IMG/VR virus record: IMGVR_UViG_3300036987_000065 | Location: 1-39,375 of that record | DNA length: 39,375 bases | Reading direction: 5' to 3' (one strand) | Origin: a virus | Taxonomy: Duplodnaviria; Caudoviricetes | Shown here: positions 1-7,586 of the stretch, piece after piece | Layout of the letters: each line of letters starts with the position of its first letter | Position numbering within the stretch: position 1 is the first letter of the stretch | Notes under the pieces: generated by a model | What the model saw: the letters and a program-made list of their open reading frames with translations, nothing else | What the model was told of the DNA's origin: nothing | Databases searched by the model: none | Program-made: the position numbers and the translations under genes

Positions 1-127
1 AAAGTCGGACGTCCGACTTTTTGCGACGCCGGCGTTCTTTCTATGTGCTCTTAGCGGGAGCAACTAAGTTATTGATATTGATGGTGGGTGATGAAGGATT
101 CGAACCTTCGACCCGCTGATTAAGAGT
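1..127. repeat. Left att direct repeat (tRNA-Lys 3' fragment at 82-127 plus 81 bp downstream of the tRNA end)
   Basis: Identical to 39169-39295. Identity stops just past the anticodon loop (taagagt|g versus taagagt|c) and runs to the window edge on the other side. Confidence 0.97.
65..77 (-). promoter_or_regulatory. IHF-binding site in att arm (copy at 39233-39245)
   Basis: Reverse complement TATCAATAACTTA matches the IHF consensus WATCAANNNNTTR. A near match, TATCAACGGCTCG, lies at 145-157 on the other side of the core. Confidence 0.7.
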
Positions 128-219
128 GCGCCGTTTTCTAGAGATATCAACGGCTCGTCCGACCTTCGAACCCGTCCCGTTGGGGTCCGGTTGGTGGCAA
201 AGTCGGACGCGTTACAGCA

Positions 220-1455
220 TCAAAGCTCGATCCCTTCTTTGAGCATCCAGGCGACCAGGTTGTCGACCGCCTCGTCGGCGAGCGGGCTGGTCACTGCAAG
301 GTAGTGCTTGATGACGGAATAGACGTGGTCGACGGTGTGCCCGGAGATCGCCGCGACGCGCACGGCATCGTTGCCGGGGGCGGTGGCCAGGCGCGTGACG
401 GCCGTGTCGCGCAGGTCCTGGAAGCGCAGCTTGTCAATGCCGGGCTGGAACCGCTCCTCGGCGCAGAGTTCGGGGTACCGCAGCGCCGTCTCGGCGCGGA
501 CGCGGCGGAACGCCTTGCGGAACGCGTCGGCGACGTACCTCTTGCCCGTTCGCTCGTCGACCACAAGCGCCTCTAGGGTCAAGATGTCCTGCGCCCGCCA
601 TCGCTCGCGAATCGCCGCGACGCGCGCCAGCAGCGGCGGCGTCATGGCGATGTCGACCAGCGCTGACGTCTTGTGCTGCGACAGGGCGATGCGCTTCGCA
701 TCGAAGATCCTCGGCGCCATGGCGAGCACGTCGCCCTGCCGCTGCGCCGAATGCAGCGCGAGGATCAACGCATCGGCGACCGAATGCATGCGCAGGCCTG
801 GGTGGCTCTGATGCTCCATGCTGTCGGCGGTTTCGACAAACGCCTTTACCTTCGCCGGCGACCAGAACGCGACGCGGGCGTCGACAACCGCGATCTTGAG
901 CTTGAAAGCGGGGTTGACGGCGATCCACTCGAGGTCCGTGCCGAAGGTGAGCATCGCCCGCACGACGGCGATGATGCCGTTGGCCATCGAATGGCCGCGT
1001 GCGTCGTATTGGACGCGCCAATAGCCTTTCAGATTGGCTCGTCCGAGGGCAGCGACCGGAACGTCGGCATAGGTGGCGGTGTTGTCTTCGTCATCGGGGT
1101 CAAACGGCGATGCGAGGAAGACCTCGAGCTTTTTGCGGTAGTCGTCGCGCGTGCTTTCGGCGAGGCGGCGAAACTCGGGCGTTTTGTACCAGAGATCGGC
1201 GAGCGCCCGGCAAGCGCGCGGGACCTTCTTAAGGGGTGGATTGTTGCTGCGCGTGCCGCTTCCGTCGCGCGCGCGCCATGCCGCTACCTCGTTATTGAGG
1301 GCGATCGCAGCGTTGATGGCATGGCCATAGTCGAGCCACTTGCCGTTGACGTCCTTGAGATCGCGGCCCTTCCATTTCCTTTTTCGCAGCAGCGGCCCCG
1401 GCTCCCAGCGGGGGCGGCCGTCTCTCCATTTGAAATAGGGTACTTTGAGTTTCAT
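220..1455 (-). CDS. int: Tyrosine recombinase / phage integrase
   Basis: 411 aa beside the att site. Catalytic set R (SAQRQGD), K (QHKT), QDLR (HxxR variant), SGH and HY. Confidence 0.95.
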   Translation of the reverse strand: MKLKVPYFKWRDGRPRWEPGPLLRKRKWKGRDLKDVNGKWLDYGHAINAAIALNNEVAAWRARDGSGTRSNNPPLKKVPRACRALADLWYKTPEFRRLAESTRDDYRKKLEVFLASPFDPDDEDNTATYADVPVAALGRANLKGYWRVQYDARGHSMANGIIAVVRAMLTFGTDLEWIAVNPAFKLKIAVVDARVAFWSPAKVKAFVETADSMEHQSHPGLRMHSVADALILALHSAQRQGDVLAMAPRIFDAKRIALSQHKTSALVDIAMTPPLLARVAAIRERWRAQDILTLEALVVDERTGKRYVADAFRKAFRRVRAETALRYPELCAEERFQPGIDKLRFQDLRDTAVTRLATAPGNDAVRVAAISGHTVDHVYSVIKHYLAVTSPLADEAVDNLVAWMLKEGIEL

Positions 1456-1937
1456 CCGGCCGGCCCTGGCAGCAGCGGCACCATCTTGCCTTCTTTGTAG
1501 GCCGACGCAATACGGGGGCGCACGTGATCAGCGACCGTCTGGCCGTCCGGCATGACCACGTGCGCCATAAAGGCGTCCTCGAAGCTTTCCACGCCTTCCT
1601 CGACCGACACCAGCTTGGCCTTGATGGCGAGCACCAGCGCCCGCCATTTGCGGCGGCACGCCTTCTCCCATCTTTTCTCGGCCTGGCTGTCGGATAGCCG
1701 CTTGAGGCCGCTGGACTGGTTGACGCGGCCGTGGGTGAAGGCTTTGTCGTCGCGCGCCGGCAGTGGCAGCTTGAAAAGGATACGCCGCTCGCGCATTTCG
1801 AATGCGACGGCGGCCTTGTCATGACTGTTGAAAAACGCCGTCGACGTGGCCCTGTAGGTGCGCAGCAGCCGCTCAAGCTCGGCGCGGCTGCTCTCGACCG
1901 AAACCTCGGTGTGCTCGGCAAATTTGGCCATGGTCAT
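1452..1937 (-). CDS. Conserved phage hypothetical protein
   Basis: 161 aa with 4-bp overlaps to both neighbours. WRALVLAIKAKL...FEDAFMAHVVMPDGQTV resembles a common phage family. Confidence 0.8.
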   Translation of the reverse strand: MTMAKFAEHTEVSVESSRAELERLLRTYRATSTAFFNSHDKAAVAFEMRERRILFKLPLPARDDKAFTHGRVNQSSGLKRLSDSQAEKRWEKACRRKWRALVLAIKAKLVSVEEGVESFEDAFMAHVVMPDGQTVADHVRPRIASAYKEGKMVPLLPGPAG

Positions 1938-2182
1938 CCCGCCTGTCGATCGTTCGTCGCGTTTTGCTGTTCCAGCGCCGCCGCGAGCACGGCGCGCTGA
2001 TGCTCGTTCTCCTCGAGGATATCGGCGACGTGCTCGAGGCAGCGGCGCTGGCTTTTAGCCGGCAATTTCTTGAGCAACTCGTGCACCTGGTAGGTGACGG
2101 CGAGCTCGGCCTCGCCATCGGTGATTGTTGGCTGCTCCCGACGTATGAAGCGCGGCAGCAGCCGGAACGTGACGTTGCCCAT
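1934..2182 (-). CDS. Hypothetical protein
   Basis: 82 aa, tightly packed in the leftward early operon. Confidence 0.65.
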   Translation of the reverse strand: MGNVTFRLLPRFIRREQPTITDGEAELAVTYQVHELLKKLPAKSQRRCLEHVADILEENEHQRAVLAAALEQQNATNDRQAG

Positions 2183-2284
2183 CTATTCCCCCAGCAAGAA
2201 AAGAACGACGCCGGCGGCGAAGGCCGCGGCCAGCACGAAGGCGGCGAAGATTGTCCACGGATCGATTGTGCCGAGATCGGTCAT
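2183..2284 (-). CDS. Small membrane peptide (33 aa)
   Basis: MTDLGTIDPWTIFAAFVLAAAFAAGVVLFLLGE, one TM segment. ATGA overlap with the upstream stop. Confidence 0.55.
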   Translation of the reverse strand: MTDLGTIDPWTIFAAFVLAAAFAAGVVLFLLGE

Positions 2285-2523
2285 GGCGCCGCCGGCGTTA
2301 TGACGGGCAGTGGCGCGCTCTTTGTTTCCGGCGTGTAGTGGCGCCAGGCGACGAAAAGCTCCTTGCATTCGGAGCAGCGGACGACGCCCGGCTTCGTGGA
2401 TATGCCCGCGATCATCGTCAGCTGCAGGCAGTGCGGACAGATGCACGAATGCGCATCCGTTTTGAATGCGTGGAGCTCGTCGAGTGCCGCGTGCTCGGCG
2501 TCGGTGAGGGATCGCAGCGTCAT
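2281..2523 (-). CDS. Zinc-ribbon protein
   Basis: CPHC...CSEC motif; coupled to both neighbours. Confidence 0.65.
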   Translation of the reverse strand: MTLRSLTDAEHAALDELHAFKTDAHSCICPHCLQLTMIAGISTKPGVVRCSECKELFVAWRHYTPETKSAPLPVITPAAP

Positions 2524-2942
2524 CGTTCACCCGATGTCGCCACGGAATCCTTACTCGAGACGCAGCGGACGAAGTTGAGAAACGCGCGCCGCTGCGCCGG
2601 CGTCAGGTCGGCGGCCGCCCGCACCAGGTCGAAATCGGCGCGGGTTGTGATCTCGTCAATGATGCTGTCGACCCCGCTGCCTTCGCCCTGCGCGAGGCCT
2701 GCGAAGAATGCCGCGATCGGCACGCCGAGAACGCCGGCGATGTCATACAGGCGGCCGGCGCTGATGCGGTTGACGCCGTTCTCGTATTTTTGCACCTGCT
2801 GAAACGTGAGCTCGAGGTGCCCGGCTAATCCCTCTTGCGTCATGCCGGCACCGAGGCGCAACGCGCGCACGCGCTGCCCGATGTGAACGTCGACGTCGCG
2901 CGGCGAGCGAATGCTTTGGGCGGTCATAGCCATGTCGCTCAC
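2520..2942 (-). CDS. XRE-family HTH regulator
   Basis: DVHIGQRVRALR...TQEGLA...TFQQVQKYENGVNRISAGRL, typical alphaproteobacterial XRE. Start assumed at the GTG overlapping the upstream stop (alternatives 2933, 2927). Confidence 0.88.
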   Translation of the reverse strand: MSDMAMTAQSIRSPRDVDVHIGQRVRALRLGAGMTQEGLAGHLELTFQQVQKYENGVNRISAGRLYDIAGVLGVPIAAFFAGLAQGEGSGVDSIIDEITTRADFDLVRAAADLTPAQRRAFLNFVRCVSSKDSVATSGER

Positions 2943-3265
2943 CCGATGTTGGCGCCGACGCGGCTCGTGCGCGGGGCTTTGTAGCCGCCGCGCTTCTGCC
3001 GCTTGGCGCGCTCGGGCGCGACCTTGGCCGCTTTCGAGCGCGCGGCGGCACGGTCGTCTTCGTACTTCTGGCACCAGGCCTTGGCGTCAGTGGTGCGCTC
3101 GAAGTCGTCGATGGCGACCGGCATCGCGTTGCCGATATGGTAGATGCGGCCCTGAAACTTGCGCTCGGCCTCGCGAAAAATCTTGTAGTGCAGATCATCC
3201 GTCGACGCGTGAGCGACGAGGGTGTTTGTCGCTGACGATCGCTTCTCCGTCCACTTAAGCATCAT
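2939..3265 (-). CDS. Hypothetical protein with basic C-terminal tail
   Basis: AAGGA RBS precedes MMLKWTEK; 108 aa. Confidence 0.65.
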   Translation of the reverse strand: MMLKWTEKRSSATNTLVAHASTDDLHYKIFREAERKFQGRIYHIGNAMPVAIDDFERTTDAKAWCQKYEDDRAAARSKAAKVAPERAKRQKRGGYKAPRTSRVGANIG

Positions 3266-3314
3266 GTGTCGTTCCTTTTTCTGACGGTTGACTTCAAGGC
3301 TCGCGGCGCGCCGC

Positions 3315-3632
3315 TCAGTTCCCCTTCGCGTACCGGGTATCGAGGCCGTGCTTCCAGCGCGCGATCTCGGTCTCCTCATCGTCGGCCTTCGCATCGTGGC
3401 CGGCGTAGGCGGCGAACGCTGCGCGGTAGGCGGCAGCGGCGGCGCGAAGTTCTTTCGGCAAGCCGCGATCTTTCCAGGCGTAGAACTGGGCCGGGTCCCA
3501 CGCGAGTTCGCCGCCGTCGTGCAGGGGCTTCGGCATCTTCTGCTCGCGCGCCAGGCGCGCGTGATTGTCGTAAAGCCAATCTTTGGAGCGGCCGAATTCG
3601 GCGGCCACCTGGTCGGCGGTGAGTGGTCGCAT
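3315..3632 (-). CDS. Excisionase/AlpA-like HTH protein
   Basis: LTADQVAAEFGRSKDWLY...MPKP...LAWD pattern; same operon as int. Confidence 0.7.
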   Translation of the reverse strand: MRPLTADQVAAEFGRSKDWLYDNHARLAREQKMPKPLHDGGELAWDPAQFYAWKDRGLPKELRAAAAAYRAAFAAYAGHDAKADDEETEIARWKHGLDTRYAKGN

Positions 3633-3633
3633 C

Positions 3634-4026
3634 TCAGCGCACCTCGTCGAATAGCTTCGGCGCGGTGCGCATCAGATGCTTATCGACGTCGGCACGGATC
3701 AGGGTGCAGCCTTCGTCGGCATCCCTGAGCGCGCGGCGCACGATCTCGAGGCGGCGCACCTCGCGCAGATACTCGTTGGCCTTCTCGTCGAGCCACTGCC
3801 GGGCGCCGACTAAGTCGGTGCGCAGTTGCGCGTCGACGATGTCTGTATCGAAGCCGGTGATGACAGCCTCGAAGCGATGGCCCTTGCCGGTGACGGGCTC
3901 GACGCGCCGCACTTCGAGCATGCACGTGCCGCGCGTCGCGAGTTGCAGCATCGCGTAGCGCGGATGGCTCGGCCGATAGTCGATAAAGACAATGCGGCCG
4001 GCGTCGTTGACGTCTGGGAGTAGCAT
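3634..4026 (-). CDS. Hypothetical protein, first gene of the leftward early operon
   Basis: GGAGG RBS before the ATG at 4026; abuts the next gene. Confidence 0.65.
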   Translation of the reverse strand: MLLPDVNDAGRIVFIDYRPSHPRYAMLQLATRGTCMLEVRRVEPVTGKGHRFEAVITGFDTDIVDAQLRTDLVGARQWLDEKANEYLREVRRLEIVRRALRDADEGCTLIRADVDKHLMRTAPKLFDEVR

Positions 4027-4155
4027 GGGAGCCTCCGACAATTCGGAGGGCGTGCGGGGCCGGTCGTGACGGGAGGAAGCGCGGTGATGACCCGCTGGCA
4101 CTTCTGAAATCGCAACCGGCCCCTGAGGAGTGAACGCCCTCACAACGGAGCCGGA

Positions 4156-4195
4156 TGCTACACGAAAATTGCATGCGTGCAATTTCGAAATTGCG
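4156..4195. promoter_or_regulatory. Putative tandem repressor operators (OL-like)
   Basis: TGCAAT-TTCGAA-ATTGCG (4178-4195) and TGCTAC-ACGAAA-ATTGCA (4156-4173) in an AT-rich intergenic region. Confidence 0.6.
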
Positions 4196-4220
4196 TTAGT
4201 CGAATTTCAACGCTCGTTGA

Positions 4221-4874
4221 TCAATCCTTGCGCTCGCGAAAGAGCTTCGTCTGCACGCCCCAGATGGAAACCGAAGTATGGTCAACGAGCAAAGGCTTAC
4301 GTCGCGCGGCTGGGTCCGCGGTCTCGGTCACGAGATAGGGCGGATCATAGATGCGGATAACTGTCTCGGCGCTGCCGGCACTGAGGTTATGGGCGACGAC
4401 GATGTCGCGCGGCTCGCCTTCGCGCGGAAGTCTCGGGGTGACATCGCTGTCAACGAGGATCACGTCGTCAGGCAGGATGCCGACGAGCTCGAGCGCGCGC
4501 GTGCGCACAACCCAGAGCCCTTGCCGCGGGCCGAGTTCGACCTTCCACCATGCGGGGACATCAGTCGTAAACGAAACGAGCTCGGCCTCGGGAAAACCGG
4601 GCGCCGTGGCCGGCGCCTCGCCATAAATCGACGGACCAGGAATGCGGTAGACAGAAACGATCTTGTCGATTGAACGACGATCAAGGCTCCCCTTGCCATC
4701 CAGATTTCGCAGGATGGTTGACGGAGATAGGCCGGCCTTCGTGGCGAACGGGGTTGGCTTCAGTTTCGACGCTTCGATGGCGTCGTAGAGCCACTGGCGC
4801 ACGACATCGTCGGCGTCTCCCGAACCCTTTGAATGCGACTGCTGCAAGTAGCACTCCGCGCCGGTGCCAAGCAT
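4221..4874 (-). CDS. CI-like repressor (N-terminal HTH, degenerate S24-like C-terminal domain)
   Basis: FATKAGLSPSTILR HTH; GILPDDVILVD and DIVVA strands of the S24 fold; divergent from a Cro-like gene. Exact start uncertain. Confidence 0.8.
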   Translation of the reverse strand: MLGTGAECYLQQSHSKGSGDADDVVRQWLYDAIEASKLKPTPFATKAGLSPSTILRNLDGKGSLDRRSIDKIVSVYRIPGPSIYGEAPATAPGFPEAELVSFTTDVPAWWKVELGPRQGLWVVRTRALELVGILPDDVILVDSDVTPRLPREGEPRDIVVAHNLSAGSAETVIRIYDPPYLVTETADPAARRKPLLVDHTSVSIWGVQTKLFRERKD

Positions 4875-4879
4875 GACTG

Positions 4880-4978
4880 TGTAAAAGCTCCATTGCCCAG
4901 CCGCATTATGTTTCGACGCAAGTTGACATTTGCCTTAGAGCTAGCTGTAACTACGACTCATGCAATTCCATGATCGCA
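4880..4978. promoter_or_regulatory. Divergent cI/cro control region (OR/PR-like)
   Basis: TTGACA at 4923-4928 sits inside the operator-like CGCAAG-TTGACA-TTTGCC. TGCAAT-TCCATG-ATCGCA (4961-4978) overlaps the cro start. Confidence 0.6.
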
Positions 4979-5220
4979 TTAACGCAATCGAAACCCGTGC
5001 TCAGAGGATCAACCTTAGCCTCTGGGAGCTGTGCCAGCTGACGAAGGGCGTCCAGTGGACGACCGTCTCGCGCTGGCGGAGCGACGACGCGAACCCGAAG
5101 GCTAAGAAGCTCGAGGAAGTCCTCGGCAAGCTCGAGACGATGCTCTCGACCCTCGAAAGCGAAATGATCCGGCGGCTGACCGAACGGCCGCCGGCGACCA
5201 ACGCTCGCGCCGGAGCGTGA
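4960..5220 (+). CDS. Cro-like HTH protein
   Basis: LSLWELCQLTKGVQWTTVSRW HTH; divergent from the repressor. Confidence 0.8.
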   Translation: MQFHDRINAIETRAQRINLSLWELCQLTKGVQWTTVSRWRSDDANPKAKKLEEVLGKLETMLSTLESEMIRRLTERPPATNARAGA

Positions 5221-5243
5221 CGAGTTGCACCAGCCTGCTCGCC

Positions 5244-5275
5244 GAGGGTCCCATCGCGGTTCCCTCGGCGAGAAT
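5244..5275 (+). promoter_or_regulatory. 16-bp phage promoter motif, copy 1
   Basis: GAGGGTCCCATCGCGG-N10-GAGAAT, overlapping an 11-bp inverted repeat (5238-5248 / 5262-5272). Confidence 0.6.
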
Positions 5276-5355
5276 ACCGATCCGCCCTGCGTCCGTTTTC
5301 CTAGTTCGTCGCGTCTCTTGGCGTCCCCCGAGATCATCATCGGAGACGATGCGCG

Positions 5356-5664
5356 ATGCGCTATCTGCATGCCGACTATGTGCGCCGCCGAGCAACCAGC
5401 GCCGCGCACGGCCTCATGGCTTCCCTCGTTCTTACTCGTGCGACGCGTGCCGTCGACGGCCGAGTGCCGCCGCAGCAGCGGCGCCGCACGGCTTATTACC
5501 TCACCGTCGTCGAAGGGCGCGTGCCGGTTGCCTCGCTGGCCGGCGCGCTCGGCCTGTCGCGCTCCAAGCTTAGGCGCGCAATCGGCTCGATCGAGGACCT
5601 GCGCGACGACGCCTCGTTCGATCGCCTCATGGATCAACTCGCTTCGGAGTTTGCCACATGCTGA
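5356..5664 (+). CDS. DnaA-domain-IV-like / GafA-N-terminal (GafY)-like HTH protein, putative transcription activator
   Basis: AYYLTVVEG..VASLAGALGLSRSKLRRAIGSIEDLRDDASFD resembles the YL..HTH..E-x-RDD signature I recall for these proteins. Confidence 0.6.
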   Translation: MRYLHADYVRRRATSAAHGLMASLVLTRATRAVDGRVPPQQRRRTAYYLTVVEGRVPVASLAGALGLSRSKLRRAIGSIEDLRDDASFDRLMDQLASEFATC

Positions 5665-6665
5665 AACGTCTCTGGCGCCTGGCGCTCGAGCGCCCTGCCT
5701 TCTTCGGCCTCTGCCTCGTCGCGGCCGGCGAAGCAATCATGAACGCTGCGTTCGGCTACCTATCGGCGACGCATTGGTTCTACGCCAGCTTGCTGGCGAT
5801 GATTTACGCCGGCAGCGAGATGGCGAAGTGGTTCGCCGCCGATGCCATCGGCGCCGCGGCACACGAGCGGAGCGGCCTCAAGGTTGGCGCTGCCGTGCTG
5901 CTGCTCTGCTGCACGCTCTCGATTTCGATCCCGGCACACATCGGTTTCATTGGGATGATGCGCGACGGCTCGATCGCCTCGCGGGACAACGACGCCACGA
6001 AGCGCGGCAATGCAAAGCAGAACATCGAAGACGCCCGCACAGAGCTGAAGGCGATGCCGCCGACGCGTTCGGCGAAGGAGATCACGCCGGAGCGCGATTT
6101 GGAATGCGCGAAGCGATCGGCCCGCTATCCCGACGGCAAAGGGCCGGCGTGCACCAAGCTCGAGGCCGAGCTCGGCCGCGCCGATCGCAAAGTCGAGTTG
6201 CTCGCGATCATCGGCGGATCGGAGCGCACGCTCGAAGATAACAAAGTTGCCGTCGTCGACGCCCGCGTAACGGTCATGAAGTGGGTGTGGCCAGAGGCGC
6301 AGGATCAGGACCTGCAGCTGATGCTCTCGGTCGCGATCGCGCTGTGCATCGAAGCCGTCACCGCCTTCGGCTTCCTTGTGTTCGGCTATCGCCGCGACGA
6401 GGTCCTCTCGATCGAGCGCCTGGTTGCCGATGGCGCGGCGACGCTGCCGGCGACGGATCACATCGTGCCGTTCCGCAACCAGGCGCTCGAGGTCGTGCCA
6501 GGCGGGCGCATGAGCGCCGACCAGCTGTGCGCGGCGTATGAGCGTTGGGCAATGGGCGGCGGCCGTGAGCCGATGCAGCGCGCGGCGTTTCTGCGCCTGC
6601 TCGAGGCGTGCGGCGTCAGGCGTGTCGGCGACACGTTTCTGGGCATTCGGAGCCGCGCAGCATGA
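5658..6665 (+). CDS. Membrane protein: 3 TM, coiled coil, TM, C-terminal winged-helix-like domain
   Basis: Hydrophobic segments visible in the translation. C-terminus (QLCAAYERWA..GREP....FLRLL...G...FLGI) resembles the P4/D5 primase C-terminal wHTH. Confidence 0.75.
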   Translation: MLKRLWRLALERPAFFGLCLVAAGEAIMNAAFGYLSATHWFYASLLAMIYAGSEMAKWFAADAIGAAAHERSGLKVGAAVLLLCCTLSISIPAHIGFIGMMRDGSIASRDNDATKRGNAKQNIEDARTELKAMPPTRSAKEITPERDLECAKRSARYPDGKGPACTKLEAELGRADRKVELLAIIGGSERTLEDNKVAVVDARVTVMKWVWPEAQDQDLQLMLSVAIALCIEAVTAFGFLVFGYRRDEVLSIERLVADGAATLPATDHIVPFRNQALEVVPGGRMSADQLCAAYERWAMGGGREPMQRAAFLRLLEACGVRRVGDTFLGIRSRAA

Positions 6666-7093
6666 ACGCGCACGATCCTGTCAACACGCCGTTGCATTAC
6701 CGGGGGGGCATGGGCCTCGAGGTGATTGACGTGATCGAGGCCTGGGGGCTCGGCTTCCACCTCGGCAACGCCGTGAAGTACATCCTGCGCGCCGGCGCCA
6801 AGGGCGACCGCAACGAGGACCTGCGCAAGGCCTGCCGCTATCTCTCGCGCGCCGCCGAGGTCACGGATATCGCCGTGTTCCCGTCGACGTTCGTCGACAA
6901 CACCGGCGCGCTGACGCCTGAGAAAGTCGGCGCCTCGTTCAATCTCGGTTGGAATGCGCATTACGCGCTCAATCGCATTCACCGCTCCATCCGCGTCGCC
7001 GACCACGCCACGGCGCAGCGCTACCTGCGCGAAAGTAAGCGTGCGCTCGAACTCGAGATCGGCGATCGCGTCGCCGATTGGGTGCCTGCGTAA
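6662..7093 (+). CDS. DUF3310 (T7 gp1.7 / SaV-like) protein
   Basis: DPVNTPLHY...EVIDVIEA..LGFHLGNAVKYILRAGAKG...EDLRKA.RYL signature. Confidence 0.88.
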   Translation: MNAHDPVNTPLHYRGGMGLEVIDVIEAWGLGFHLGNAVKYILRAGAKGDRNEDLRKACRYLSRAAEVTDIAVFPSTFVDNTGALTPEKVGASFNLGWNAHYALNRIHRSIRVADHATAQRYLRESKRALELEIGDRVADWVPA

Positions 7094-7125
7094 TGCGACC
7101 ACGTTTCAGCATGGAAGGACGAGAC

Positions 7126-7473
7126 ATGAGCCTAAAGGAAACCGAAGCCGAGTGCGCAGCTGTCGCGGTGGCGCCGCGCGTTTCGTTGTCCGACATCGAA
7201 GCGGCGATCTCTGCCCGCTACGACTTGAACGCATCCGAAGCGATCGCCGCACTGGATATGCCGGCGATCGAGCCGTTGGAGCTTCTCTCCGTCTGCATCC
7301 TCGTGCTGCAGAACGGGTTCACCATCATCGGCAAGAGCGCGCCAGCATCGGCTGAGAACTTCAACGCCGAGCTCGGTCGCAAGCTCGCCTATGAGGACGC
7401 CATCCGGCAGTGCTGGCCACTGATGGGCTTCGCGCTACGCGATCGTCTGTCTCGAGGAGAAATTTCGCACTAG
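7126..7473 (+). CDS. N4 Gp49 / Sf6 gene 66 family protein
   Basis: APRVSLSDIEA...SVCILVLQNGFTIIGKSAPASAENFNAELGRKLAYEDAIRQCWPLMGF signature; AAGGA RBS. Confidence 0.88.
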   Translation: MSLKETEAECAAVAVAPRVSLSDIEAAISARYDLNASEAIAALDMPAIEPLELLSVCILVLQNGFTIIGKSAPASAENFNAELGRKLAYEDAIRQCWPLMGFALRDRLSRGEISH

Positions 7474-7486
7474 CCAAGCGGGCTCT

Positions 7487-7560
7487 GGGCCGGCGTAGCG
7501 CCCGGCTCTGTGCGAACGGCAAACGCCGACCTTAGGCGTGACGGCCGGGAGAGACCGGCA
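7487..7560 (+). ncRNA. Candidate structured intergenic RNA (three hairpins)
   Basis: Stems at 7487-7508, 7523-7539 (ACGCC/GGCGT) and 7544-7559 (GCCGG-GAGAGA-CCGGC). Confidence 0.45.
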
Positions 7561-7586
7561 CGGTTCAACAGCTGAGGAAAAGCACG

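Noticed and set aside
82-127. Second functional tRNA
   Set aside because: Only the 3' 46 nt are present; the D arm and 5' acceptor strand are missing, so it is the att fragment.
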